Shown one piece after another: positions 47,684-57,094 of a stretch of DNA of 64,000 bases (the stretch's first letter is position 1; each line of letters begins with the position of its first letter). The position numbers and the translations under genes are program-made. The notes below the pieces were generated by a model. That model was not told where the DNA came from. It ran no database searches and saw only the letters and a list, made by a program, of their open reading frames with translations. The DNA is from an uncultured bacterium (GTDB taxonomy: Bacteria > UBP4 > UBA4092), in NCBI GenBank assembly GCA_964644695.1, contig CAZXWN010000002.1, forward strand, positions 248,001 through 312,000, given 5' to 3'.

Positions 47684-49762
47684 CTATCTGATGATAAGTG
47701 TAATGGGAACATTTATGAAGTGTTTGTCCAGCATAACCTTTAACAATTTGAAAGGAATTGGGACTCCAGCAGGTCCATTCAGAGCCTTTTGGAGAGACGA
47801 TGGCTGTAATAACGAGTCCGTCGTATCTATGGACAGGGGTGGTCCCATTTGAAGTCCGTTTAAATCCGATCCAGGGATATAGTCAACACCAGCAGTCTGC
47901 AGGAATCGGTCTGAGATGATTGGATTCGTTTCTTCAAACAGCTGGGCTTCGATTCCGGTTTTCCATGCTTCCTGATGGAGAAGGTTATTAAGTTGGTTGA
48001 GGATGGACAGGCCTGATTGTAACTGACCTTCGAGAGACAAGTCTCCTGTCGAATGGAGTTGATTTACGGTCCTGTTCAATAAGGAAATCCCCAGCCTTAA
48101 ACACGGCCGAGAGGATTTGCTGTTGGGTGACATATCTAATAGTGAGGTCATCATTGACAGGGGATTGTCAGGATTATTGCTGATGATTTCATTCATAAAA
48201 TTATTTTTTGCTTCAAAGGCTCTGAAAGCCATCCTGATTTGCCGTTGTATCAGCGAATAAAATATTTCCGTATTTCCCTCGGATTCCTGGGCAGCCTGAA
48301 TTGAATTTAAACTGACTTTCATTGATACACAGGGGCATTCGGGATGAAGTGGATGCTTATAAATATTTAGGAGAAAAGGTCTTTCCTCAGCAATCAATTC
48401 GTCCATACTGGCACGAAAGACTGGCCATTCCGGATGTTCGGTAAAATTAACGGGAATCTGAAGATTTAATTGTATATTCGGGTAGGGTCTTCCGGTATCA
48501 TCCCCCAGAGCTATCCAGTGAATAATCTTACTGGCGAGCTGAACTTCCATGGATGAACCCTTACTTGAGAGTACTAAATGAATTATTTGTGGAGTCTCTT
48601 GGGAACCAGATTCAAGTCGTTCCAGAAATGAATGGAGTTCTTGTTCCATTAAATCCGGATTTTCCTCCGAGTAATAGGAAGAAAGTATCTGATTCAGGGC
48701 TGTCCAATGAACTTCATCTCCAAAACACTTTACAGCTGTTATTCCAAAACAGGAAAACTGATTGAGTAAATCCGAGAGTGTTGCCGCCGGCTTAAAATAA
48801 AGGCCTTTTCCGGGAAGGGTCAGTCCATTATTCTTTATTTTATCCAGAGGGATATTTCCTGAAACCCATTTCATCAAAGAATCCAGACCATATAAATGAA
48901 TCTGTCCCTGAGTATGCGCTTCAACAACATCAGCGGGATATAAGGTATTTAATGCATATTTTCTGGACATTCGACCCGCAACAGCAGAATCTCCTCCCGG
49001 ACGAGTGTATCCCTTGTAATACTGTTCCAAATCAAATACGGGGAGTCCCAGCCGGATATGTTTACGGTGTTCCTCAATCAATCCATGATGCAGAAGACGG
49101 GCATTTACCAGTTCTCGAATGATACCTACCGTAACCATGGGTAATCGTGCCATGACGACTTGGGATTCTACTTCCTTGGCAATAATATCTGCTGTCTCTT
49201 TGTTTAAGCCTGTTTCTCGAACCAGGGCATCTACTATTTTCTGGCGGTTCCAGGCCTTCAATGTCTGGTCGGCTCGTTGAACTCGAACCTGGGTTTTATC
49301 CTGGGATAAATCTACATTGGGAAGGGCATCAACAGGGCCGCGCATTTTTCTCAGGCGAGCCCGGTTTTCTCTCATCAGAATAAAGGATTTTGACGTCTGA
49401 GCGTGTCCATTCTCAATCAAGACTTTTTCGACAGCATCTTCAATTTGTTCCACATTTAAAATACTGTCTTCATAATTCCGAGCCATATAAAGAATAACCA
49501 GGTCGGCGGTATGGTCTGCCAATGGATAATCTTTACCCCCCACAGAACGGGCGGCTTCCCAGATACAGTTTGTGATTTCCTGTTTATCAAAATCTACCAG
49601 GGCCCCGTCCCGTTTCTGAACTCGTTGAAACATGACACGGGGATGTGACACCGCATCAATGACAGGCTGCGGGAAAAGAAATTCTGGTGGATTATTATGT
49701 ATAGGTTGCTCAGGCATAAGTTTTCTATATCTATTATCCCAGAAAAAGAGATAAGTTATCAT
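47684..49762 (-). CDS. NrdD-derived protein with two ATP cones, lacking catalytic motifs
   Basis: VQKRDG..FD...VEQIEDAVEKVL (cone 1); WNRQKIVDALVRET...IRELVN (cone 2); YAL...AH..G.IHL NrdD segment; no C-terminal RxxGY. Start uncertain (49762, 49717 or later). Confidence 0.75.
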   Translation of the reverse strand: MITYLFFWDNRYRKLMPEQPIHNNPPEFLFPQPVIDAVSHPRVMFQRVQKRDGALVDFDKQEITNCIWEAARSVGGKDYPLADHTADLVILYMARNYEDSILNVEQIEDAVEKVLIENGHAQTSKSFILMRENRARLRKMRGPVDALPNVDLSQDKTQVRVQRADQTLKAWNRQKIVDALVRETGLNKETADIIAKEVESQVVMARLPMVTVGIIRELVNARLLHHGLIEEHRKHIRLGLPVFDLEQYYKGYTRPGGDSAVAGRMSRKYALNTLYPADVVEAHTQGQIHLYGLDSLMKWVSGNIPLDKIKNNGLTLPGKGLYFKPAATLSDLLNQFSCFGITAVKCFGDEVHWTALNQILSSYYSEENPDLMEQELHSFLERLESGSQETPQIIHLVLSSKGSSMEVQLASKIIHWIALGDDTGRPYPNIQLNLQIPVNFTEHPEWPVFRASMDELIAEERPFLLNIYKHPLHPECPCVSMKVSLNSIQAAQESEGNTEIFYSLIQRQIRMAFRAFEAKNNFMNEIISNNPDNPLSMMTSLLDMSPNSKSSRPCLRLGISLLNRTVNQLHSTGDLSLEGQLQSGLSILNQLNNLLHQEAWKTGIEAQLFEETNPIISDRFLQTAGVDYIPGSDLNGLQMGPPLSIDTTDSLLQPSSLQKALNGPAGVPIPFKLLKVMLDKHFINVPITLIIR

Positions 49763-49852
49763 GACCCTCCATATGGGTCAATGCTGTATATCTCTATTAT
49801 TGAAATTATTACACAATAAAAAAGTTTAGGGCCATGATATCTCTTCTGCAAA

Positions 49853-49897
49853 CGAAGAATCCACGGAGTTGTTCTGAGCTGGTCCGTGGATTCTTCG
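49853..49897. repeat. 45-bp palindromic intergenic repeat, copy 4 (perfect 15-bp arms)
   Basis: CGAAGAATCCACGGA-GTTGTTCTGAGCTGG-TCCGTGGATTCTTCG. Confidence 0.88.
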
Positions 49898-49963
49898 GAC
49901 CGGAGGGATAATAATGTCAGAATGGCATTATAATAAAGGGATAGTAAAGAGGAATAAATTATT

Positions 49964-50857
49964 ATGTGTCCCCAGTCATCCCGCAGTCATTTTCGGGTTG
50001 TTTATAAGGCACCCGACACTCCTGATAATCCCCTGATGGGGATTCCCCCTCGGGTATGTTATGTCGGTCGTCATGAATTAAATGGAGAGTGGCAGGTCAA
50101 ACCCCAGTTTTCGGACGAGTACAGTCTGAGTTATATCCAGGAGGGGAAAGCCGTTATTACTGTCCGCGGCATTGAATATTCGGCGGAGGAGGGGGACATC
50201 CTCCTTTATCGTCCCCATGAAATCCACTGGGGGAAAGCGTTTGAAAACTATCCCTATAAAACGGTCATCCTCCGTGTTGATTTTGCGGATCCAAATCGGT
50301 TTGCGGGAGAGGCCATCGCTTCACTGGATTACATCAGCCTGTTTCCAGCATCTCGAAACTGGAAACTCCGGACTTTGCTGGATGCTTTGATTCGCGAATA
50401 CGCAAAACCTGAGAAAGAGCAAGACCCTTTATTCATTAAAACCCATTTACTGGAAGTGTTCCAGGTCATACAGGAATATACACGGAATCAGTCTGACAAA
50501 GATGTTGAATCTGGGGTGAGTAAAAACCGGCGGTCTGATCATGTGGTGTTGAAAGTGAAATCCTACATTGAAAAGAATTATCATCGTCGGTTGACCTTGG
50601 AAGAACTGGCAGAGACTGTGGCATTAAGCCCCTCCCGTTTCAGTCATCTATTTAAGGAAAATACAGGATATTCTCCCATTGATTATCTGATTCGGGTTCG
50701 AATCGATATGGTTCGGAAATTACTTCTTGAGACAGATCGAAATGTTGCGGAAATTGCTGCTGATTGTGGGTTTACCAATTTGAGTTTTTTCATTCGGACC
50801 TTTAAGAAAGCCGAAGGGCTTTCTCCCTCCCAATTCCGGAAAAAGATAGCAAGATAG
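49964..50857 (+). CDS. AraC family transcriptional regulator
   Basis: N-terminal cupin; LSPSRFSHLFK and CGFTNLSFFIRTFKKAEGLSPSQFR double HTH. Confidence 0.96.
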   Translation: MCPQSSRSHFRVVYKAPDTPDNPLMGIPPRVCYVGRHELNGEWQVKPQFSDEYSLSYIQEGKAVITVRGIEYSAEEGDILLYRPHEIHWGKAFENYPYKTVILRVDFADPNRFAGEAIASLDYISLFPASRNWKLRTLLDALIREYAKPEKEQDPLFIKTHLLEVFQVIQEYTRNQSDKDVESGVSKNRRSDHVVLKVKSYIEKNYHRRLTLEELAETVALSPSRFSHLFKENTGYSPIDYLIRVRIDMVRKLLLETDRNVAEIAADCGFTNLSFFIRTFKKAEGLSPSQFRKKIAR

Positions 50858-50874
50858 TACAATTATTCAGCAAG
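50848..50874 (+). promoter_or_regulatory. Putative AraC-type direct-repeat operator
   Basis: AGCAAG at 50848 and 50869 (21-bp spacing) upstream of the next operon. Confidence 0.4.
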
Positions 50875-50952
50875 TCATGACCTCCCTGCCGCCCTTCAGA
50901 TTCCCTAAGATTGTATTATAAAACGGGTACAACTAAAGGAGTAACTTAGGGT

Positions 50953-51828
50953 ATGTCAGATTTAACAAAGGCACTAATTGAAGGTGCACAAGGATGGGGC
51001 GCTGACTTAGTCGGAATAGCACCCATTGAGCGATTCAAAGATGTTGCTGCTGAAAACCATCCAAGCACTATTTTCCCGGAATGTAAGTCGGTGATTGTCT
51101 TAGGCCGCCGTATTACCCGGGGAACTCTTCGGGGTATTGAAGAAGGAACACAGTTCGACCTGTATCGTCAGTATGGTTATCAGTGGTTGGAAGACCGTTT
51201 CCTCTCTTTATTGACCTTCAAGGTTTCTGAATTGCTTGAAGACAATCGGTGGGAAGCCGTTCCCCTGTTCCATCTCCCCACACAAATCCCTCCCATGGGA
51301 ATTCCAGTTCGTGAGAATCAGCCTGCCCCCAATGTCCTGATTGATTTTGATGCGGCAGCTGTTCGCGCAGGATTAGGCGAGATTTCTTATCTGCGGGTAT
51401 TTGTATCCAAGGAGTTTGGTCCCCGTCAGCGGTTCCAGGTCATTCTGACCGATGCCGAACTTGAAGGCACTGAAATGGTGAAAGAGCCCATTTGTCCTGC
51501 GGATCCCCGGTTAGCTGGATTATGTCCCCTGGATGCCATTGATGCTTCTAAAGAAGAAATGATTGAAATTGCAGGCAAAAAGATGACTGTTGCGGCTGTC
51601 GATTATAAGAAATGTAAGACCTGTAAGAATGGTGCTTTTGCCAATCGTTATTATGATGCTGCTCCGCCTGATCGGTTGGGTGCATTATGTATTCGTTCAT
51701 TAGTGGATTATCTGGATAAACACGACCATACAACCAATAAATTTAAAACACCGTTCCGGAAACGGACTCCATGGATTATAAAATCCGAATCCCATACCTT
51801 CCTTCAGGAAGGTAGTGAAATTGAATAA
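50953..51828 (+). CDS. QueG/reductive-dehalogenase-like protein with degenerate Fe-S motif
   Basis: GADLVGIAPIERF, PECKSVIVLG, AAVRAGLGEI, FGPRQRF..ILTD; the Cys cluster motif is incomplete. Confidence 0.75.
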   Translation: MSDLTKALIEGAQGWGADLVGIAPIERFKDVAAENHPSTIFPECKSVIVLGRRITRGTLRGIEEGTQFDLYRQYGYQWLEDRFLSLLTFKVSELLEDNRWEAVPLFHLPTQIPPMGIPVRENQPAPNVLIDFDAAAVRAGLGEISYLRVFVSKEFGPRQRFQVILTDAELEGTEMVKEPICPADPRLAGLCPLDAIDASKEEMIEIAGKKMTVAAVDYKKCKTCKNGAFANRYYDAAPPDRLGALCIRSLVDYLDKHDHTTNKFKTPFRKRTPWIIKSESHTFLQEGSEIE

Positions 51829-51847
51829 GGATCCCGGAGCAAAAACC

Positions 51848-52891
51848 ATGAAAACAGTCACTAAAGAACAGTTGCGAGAGTTTGCTCTCAAACAGGGTCT
51901 GGATTTTCTGGGTGTGGCAAACATTGAACGGTTTGCCGGTGCTCCTCCGCGGATGCACCCCTCCAGTATTTTACCGGAAGCTAAATCCGTCATTGTTGTT
52001 GGAAAAAGGATTGTCCGAGGCGGATGGCGTGGTATTGAAGAAGGAACCCATTGGCCCAATTACACCTATTTTGATTATCACGGTCAGTTAAACAGTTATT
52101 TTATCCATCTTCCGATGTATGAAGTTGCCTGTTTGATTGAGGACTGTGGTTTTGAAGCCGTTCCCTATTATCCTGGACCTCCTGAGGGGCAGGGTATTGA
52201 TGAACCTATTCGTCCGGGGTCTGTTGCACCGAATGTCCATCTGGCTATCCGTATCGCCGGTGTAGCGGCGGGACTGGGTGAGATGGGCTGGTCTAAAGTC
52301 TTTTTAACGGAAAAGTTTGGCCCCAGAGTTCGTTTGGCCTGTATTATTACAGACATGGAACTCGAACCGGATCCTCTGGTTCCTCCAGGTACTATCTGTG
52401 ATAAATGTATGGAGTGTGTCAAAGGATGTTCGGCCTGTGCTATTCCGCATTTCAAAGAACATAAGACCATTAAAATCAAAATCGAAGATTATGAATATGA
52501 ATGGGCGGATGTCCATATGGGCCGTTGTACCATGAGCTATCATGGTGGCGATGCCATGATGTCTCCCTTTATTCATAAATCTTTCCCGGGTTGGCATTTC
52601 GATGTCCGGGAACAGGATATCAGTGAAGAAGCCGCCTATAAATTAGTCTGGACTTTATCCACTACCGAGTGGCGTAAAACCGCTGAATTCCCCTCTGGAT
52701 ACATCATTGAGGGTCATGCCTATACCTTCAAGTGGGGTGAGGCAGGCAGTTACGGGATTGAAGGTTCCCGCGGATGTATGCGGAGTTGTTTCAATCACCT
52801 TGAGAAACGTAAGAAAATCGAACAAACCTTTGAAGGCGGGGAATTCATCAAACGACCTCGCTGGATACTCCCTCCCAAGGTCAGCCGTTAA
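51848..52891 (+). CDS. QueG/reductive-dehalogenase-like 4Fe-4S protein
   Basis: GLDFLGVANIERF, PEAKSVIVVG, AAGLGEMG, FGPRVRLACIITD, CDKCMECVKGC, CMRSC. Start placed at ATG 51848. Confidence 0.8.
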   Translation: MKTVTKEQLREFALKQGLDFLGVANIERFAGAPPRMHPSSILPEAKSVIVVGKRIVRGGWRGIEEGTHWPNYTYFDYHGQLNSYFIHLPMYEVACLIEDCGFEAVPYYPGPPEGQGIDEPIRPGSVAPNVHLAIRIAGVAAGLGEMGWSKVFLTEKFGPRVRLACIITDMELEPDPLVPPGTICDKCMECVKGCSACAIPHFKEHKTIKIKIEDYEYEWADVHMGRCTMSYHGGDAMMSPFIHKSFPGWHFDVREQDISEEAAYKLVWTLSTTEWRKTAEFPSGYIIEGHAYTFKWGEAGSYGIEGSRGCMRSCFNHLEKRKKIEQTFEGGEFIKRPRWILPPKVSR

Positions 52892-52893
52892 TC

Positions 52894-52932
52894 AAACCGG
52901 GAAACTCGAGTCAGTCGGGTTTCCCGGTTTTT
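52894..52932 (+). terminator. Intrinsic terminator
   Basis: AAACCGGGAAACTCGA...TCGGGTTTCCCGGTTTTT. Confidence 0.85.
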
Positions 52933-53045
52933 ATAATTCCATAGACCTCCAGTAATGCTTGCCTGTAGGGTTGAATCCTGATTCGGCTTGTTTTGAGGTT
53001 TACTTATTTATTTAAATATATTTTTACATTCAATAGAATATATGT

Positions 53046-53600
53046 ATGTATGAGCACCTGATAAAAAAACTAAAAACAGATACTGCTCACTGGGATTATG
53101 TGAAAACCTTATTCCATGAGAAAAAAATAGAGGCTAAGACTACTCTACTAAATGAAGGTGAGGTATCTAAAACTCTCTATTTTATAAAAAAGGGTTGTTT
53201 ACGGCTGTGGTTTAATAATGAGGGAAAAGACATAACATTTCAGTTCTTTTTTGAAAATCAGGCCGTATCTTCATTTGAGAGTTTTTTTTCAAAGCAGCCC
53301 AGCCAGTTCAATTTAGAAAGTATTGAGCCGAGTGTTGTTGTTGCCATTAGTCGTAAGGGATTTGATACATTGTTAAGTAGATATCCTGATCTTAAAGAAG
53401 GGTTCCAGTCCATTATTATCCAACGGTTGGCAAACTATGCGAACCTATTTTTGTCTCGAATCAAAGACTCTCCTCAAAAACGATATCATGATTTTCTTAA
53501 GAACCATCCTGAAATAATTCAGCGTGTTCCGCAACATTATATTGCTTCCTATTTGGGAATAACTCCCATTTCCCTAAGCCGTATCAGAAACCGGAGATAA
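53046..53600 (+). CDS. Crp/Fnr family transcriptional regulator
   Basis: cNMP-binding fold LYFIKKGCLR; C-terminal RVPQHYIASYLGITPISLSRIR. Confidence 0.92.
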   Translation: MYEHLIKKLKTDTAHWDYVKTLFHEKKIEAKTTLLNEGEVSKTLYFIKKGCLRLWFNNEGKDITFQFFFENQAVSSFESFFSKQPSQFNLESIEPSVVVAISRKGFDTLLSRYPDLKEGFQSIIIQRLANYANLFLSRIKDSPQKRYHDFLKNHPEIIQRVPQHYIASYLGITPISLSRIRNRR

Positions 53601-53608
53601 TCCGTTTT

Positions 53609-53620
53609 TAACAATTGTTA
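53609..53620. promoter_or_regulatory. Putative Crp/Fnr operator palindrome
   Basis: Perfect 12-bp palindrome TAACAATTGTTA directly after the regulator stop codon and upstream of the next gene. Confidence 0.5.
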
Positions 53621-53723
53621 TCGTTGAACTCTACTGGGTATTGTTATCTTTGTAATTAAAGAGAACCCATGCAAAGGAAGGGTATTTAATCTATTTATTC
53701 AACGAATGATGGAGGTTTTAAAT

Positions 53724-54095
53724 ATGGCCGTTATCACTCAATCCAAGAATAGTTCACATGAAGTAGTAAAAAAGGGGTTTAATTTCCGGGCATTTGCCTC
53801 TGTGGGAATGTGCATGTCCCTACTGTTTCTATCCGTGTCAGGTATTATGAATCACCAATTACAGTTCAATACCTTAACAGTGGACAGGCATTTCTGGATG
53901 TCTGTCCATAATATGGCAGCGTCGCTGTTTATTCTATTCATAGTTATCCATTTGGTATATAACTGGCGGTTATTAATACATTATGTAGAAAAAATACAGG
54001 GAATACGCATCCGCAAAGAAGCTGTCCTGGCTATTTTACTGGTTCTGGTGATTGTTGGTGTGTTCTCTTCGCATGTTTTTCATATCAGGCAATAA
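53724..54095 (+). CDS. DUF4405-like membrane protein (possibly heme b binding)
   Basis: SGI...W..VH......LF.....HL..NW pattern; 3 TM segments; GGAGG RBS. Confidence 0.75.
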   Translation: MAVITQSKNSSHEVVKKGFNFRAFASVGMCMSLLFLSVSGIMNHQLQFNTLTVDRHFWMSVHNMAASLFILFIVIHLVYNWRLLIHYVEKIQGIRIRKEAVLAILLVLVIVGVFSSHVFHIRQ

Positions 54096-54140
54096 ATCAG
54101 GGGTGTTACACCTGGTTCCAACCGGTGGACACCCCTGATT
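54095..54140. repeat. 46-bp palindrome of a possible second repeat family
   Basis: AATCAGGGGTGT...ACACCCCTGATT; the 16-mer GGTGGACACCCCTGAT also occurs at 40385-40400. Confidence 0.6.
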
Positions 54141-54208
54141 ATTTTTGTATGTGAGGATGATGTTACTGCTGGCAAAGAGCCAGAATGTTTTTTGACAATT
54201 GAATCTCT

Positions 54209-55213
54209 TTATTTAACCTGATAGGTCATTCCAAAGATATATCGGGTAGATTGTCCCGGTTGAAGTGTTATTTCAGCTTGGCAGTCTTCTCGATTAAAAG
54301 CATTCGTGGGACATTGCATCGGTTCAATGGCAACGGAATTACGCGGTCGATATTTGAGTGTATCTCCGGTGAACAGGACAACAAATCCAGATTCCTGAAA
54401 CATGGAAATCTGAATGCCTGTATCCGGTGCAAACAACCTGCAGGTTGACCAACCTTCATGGTCCTTGTCCAAATGTCCGTAACACAAATCAAAAGCCTGC
54501 TTGTTGATTTTACGGAAGGGAACTTTTCGGAAATCCTTATCTGGGAAATGATCTACTGGAACATAGGCCTCATTCCCTGGTAAAGGGATTTCGTTTGAAT
54601 CAGCCTTAATTAAGGTTTGTGCGGGAAGAGATAATTCCAAATCATCGACACCATTGGGTGAGGGTTTGAAATAAGCATGCCAACCTACCCAGAAGGGCAG
54701 GGGTTTGTCTCCGGCATTTAATCCACCCACCTCGATAGTGAGTTTTTTGCCGGACCAAATATATCTGACAAATACATCCAGTGAATATGGATATCCTGGG
54801 AATTTTCCCGGTCTAATATCGCTGGATGTGAATTCAATGACAAAAGAATGGTTGAATTCTTTCGCCACCGAGAGATTGAACTCAATATCTTTCAGGAAAC
54901 CATGACGAACTTTTTGATAAAGTGGATTGACTGGAACAATCGTATGTGTTTCTCCATTGAAGGTGTAAGTCCCTTCGGGGATACGATTGGCAAAGGGCGC
55001 CATAATGACCATCCGGGCACCTCCTTGCGTCTCCAGTTCTTCTGGAGTTGCGAATCCATCAATGATGTCGTATAGCTTTTCTTTGAGAGGGATCCAGTAA
55101 TTTAATAATAGAGCGCCTTGATGAGAAAACCGAAGTTCCGCACCCGTCTGAGTATCTTTGACACTGGTTATAGGAAATTTTCCAAATGTGGATTGTTCAA
55201 CTTGATAATGCAT
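54209..55213 (-). CDS. Aldose 1-epimerase family protein
   Basis: PFANRI, RHG, GWHAYF, FDLCY, AIEPM. Confidence 0.92.
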   Translation of the reverse strand: MHYQVEQSTFGKFPITSVKDTQTGAELRFSHQGALLLNYWIPLKEKLYDIIDGFATPEELETQGGARMVIMAPFANRIPEGTYTFNGETHTIVPVNPLYQKVRHGFLKDIEFNLSVAKEFNHSFVIEFTSSDIRPGKFPGYPYSLDVFVRYIWSGKKLTIEVGGLNAGDKPLPFWVGWHAYFKPSPNGVDDLELSLPAQTLIKADSNEIPLPGNEAYVPVDHFPDKDFRKVPFRKINKQAFDLCYGHLDKDHEGWSTCRLFAPDTGIQISMFQESGFVVLFTGDTLKYRPRNSVAIEPMQCPTNAFNREDCQAEITLQPGQSTRYIFGMTYQVK

Positions 55214-55229
55214 TGCAAGCTCCTTCCAT

Positions 55230-55269
55230 AAAAAACGCCCCGCAGGTCATGATAATCTGCAGGGCGTTT
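55230..55269 (-). terminator. Probable intrinsic terminator after pgi
   Basis: AAACGCCC.GCAG...CTGC.GGGCGTTT with a T-tract on the minus strand. Confidence 0.7.
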
Positions 55270-55291
55270 GTGTTCTCATCATTTGACCTGG

Positions 55292-57025
55292 TTATTTGAT
55301 TTGCTCTAAAACGTTTTCTAATGCTTTTCCAAAGGTTTCCAAGTCTTTCATGTAATTTTTACCCAGTTCAATTCGTAATGTTCTGCAATTAGCTTCCTGT
55401 AAGGCCTGGTAATCACCCACAGCCTGGGCATACTTTAATTGTCCGAAAGTGTAAACTTCTCCGGGAACCTGAAGGTCTTTGTCATTCTGTACCACAAACT
55501 CAATAAACAGACCCCGGTTGGGTCCACCTTTGTGGAGTTGCCCAATAGAGTGTAAATATCTTGGACCATATCCATGCAGTGTCGTGATTCTGAGTTTATA
55601 GGTAATCATCTTCCGCCATTCATCAAAAAGACCTTGAACAGCTTCTGATTTAGCCATAAAAGACAGGAAAGAGAGGTAATCTCCAGGAGTTACTGTACCC
55701 AGGTAAGCTTTTAACACATCTTCCAGAGATTTTGCGGTCTTGAGAGATTTCCCTGCATCCCATATCTTGGGATTCGTATAAACAGACATTCCTTTGGAGG
55801 TTACAACCGGCTCTTCAGTCGGGAATTTACCTTTTTCCTGGAAGTTTGCTAATAATTTATTGGTCAGAGTTTTTGCTGATTGAACATTGGGCTGGTCAAA
55901 CGGGTCAATACCAAATACCACACCCATTGCTGCCGTGGCTATTTCCCATCGGTAAAATTCACCCGCCAGGTCATAAACATTACTCACCTTGATGACGATA
56001 ACCGGCATACCGGCTTTCTTTAACTCGTTCACTTTTTTGGAGAATAATTTCCGGAACTGACTTTTCAGTCCAATTGCCACAAATACACGGTCTGAACTGT
56101 AATTACGGAGGGCAGCGACAGGTTCCCCTTCCACGGGGATAATACCTTTTTCTTCTTTTCCAGTAGATTCTGCGACTAATTGTTCAATCCAGTAACCCAG
56201 AGGATAGAACTTTCCGGGAATCAGGAGTGTCATTTTATCAATACCATCTTTGGCCAGTTCAGCCAGAACCAAACCTGGATAAATGGCGGGATTTTCTTTC
56301 AGATCTTCAGTCTCAATAATGGCTTTTCTCATTTTGATTGCTGACCGGAGGAATTTTTTCAGGTCAACACCCATTAATGCGGCGGGAACCATCCCAAAGA
56401 AAGAAAGAACAGAGAACCGTCCTCCGATATCTGATGGGTTTACGAAGATTTTACGGAATCCCTTTTCTTGAGCTAACCGCTGAAGAGATGTTCCATCATC
56501 GGTAATGGCTACAAAGTGCGCGCCTATGCCGGTTTTTTTGATTTTACTTAATTGGTCATAGAAATATTTGAATTGTGAATTAGTTTCTACCGTTCCACCG
56601 GATTTGGAGGACATAATGAATAAGGTGGAGGAAAGCTTGATTTGTTTTTCGATATTGGCAACGGCCTCAGGATCTGTTGCATCCAGCATATAGAAATTGG
56701 GGTAATACTGTTTGACACCCAGGGTGATACTCATTACCTCGGGGGCGAGACTGGAGCCACCCATTCCCAACAGGACAATATCCGTGAACTTATCTTTACG
56801 GACAGCCGCTACAAATTGCATGATTTCTTTTACTTTACTGAGTGACCATTCAGGCAGGTTTAACCAGCCCAATCTGTCCACTATCATCTGATGGCGTTCA
56901 GCCGGACCTTCAATCCACAAAGAAGGGTCTTTGTCGAAAAGTCGTTTGGCAAGATTTTGGGACTCATAGGATGCAAGGCGGGATGCCAGAATATCGCCTT
57001 TGTCACCCAAATAATATTTGATCAT
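55292..57025 (-). CDS. pgi: Glucose-6-phosphate isomerase (type found in transaldolase-PGI fusions, here stand-alone)
   Basis: RLGWL, LGMGGSSL, SSKSGGTVET, IGGRFSVLS, EQLVAESTGK, PFDQPNV, GPRYLHSIGQLHKGGP. Confidence 0.9.
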   Translation of the reverse strand: MIKYYLGDKGDILASRLASYESQNLAKRLFDKDPSLWIEGPAERHQMIVDRLGWLNLPEWSLSKVKEIMQFVAAVRKDKFTDIVLLGMGGSSLAPEVMSITLGVKQYYPNFYMLDATDPEAVANIEKQIKLSSTLFIMSSKSGGTVETNSQFKYFYDQLSKIKKTGIGAHFVAITDDGTSLQRLAQEKGFRKIFVNPSDIGGRFSVLSFFGMVPAALMGVDLKKFLRSAIKMRKAIIETEDLKENPAIYPGLVLAELAKDGIDKMTLLIPGKFYPLGYWIEQLVAESTGKEEKGIIPVEGEPVAALRNYSSDRVFVAIGLKSQFRKLFSKKVNELKKAGMPVIVIKVSNVYDLAGEFYRWEIATAAMGVVFGIDPFDQPNVQSAKTLTNKLLANFQEKGKFPTEEPVVTSKGMSVYTNPKIWDAGKSLKTAKSLEDVLKAYLGTVTPGDYLSFLSFMAKSEAVQGLFDEWRKMITYKLRITTLHGYGPRYLHSIGQLHKGGPNRGLFIEFVVQNDKDLQVPGEVYTFGQLKYAQAVGDYQALQEANCRTLRIELGKNYMKDLETFGKALENVLEQIK

Positions 57026-57094
57026 ACAATGTCTCCCTGGAAATATTTAATTACCGAAAACGCTGTTTATATTATAACAAGACCTAAAAAGCGT

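Noticed and set aside
47684-49762. Annotation as functional nrdD or as nrdR
   Set aside because: It has no glycyl-radical motif or NrdR zinc ribbon, and no activase is nearby.
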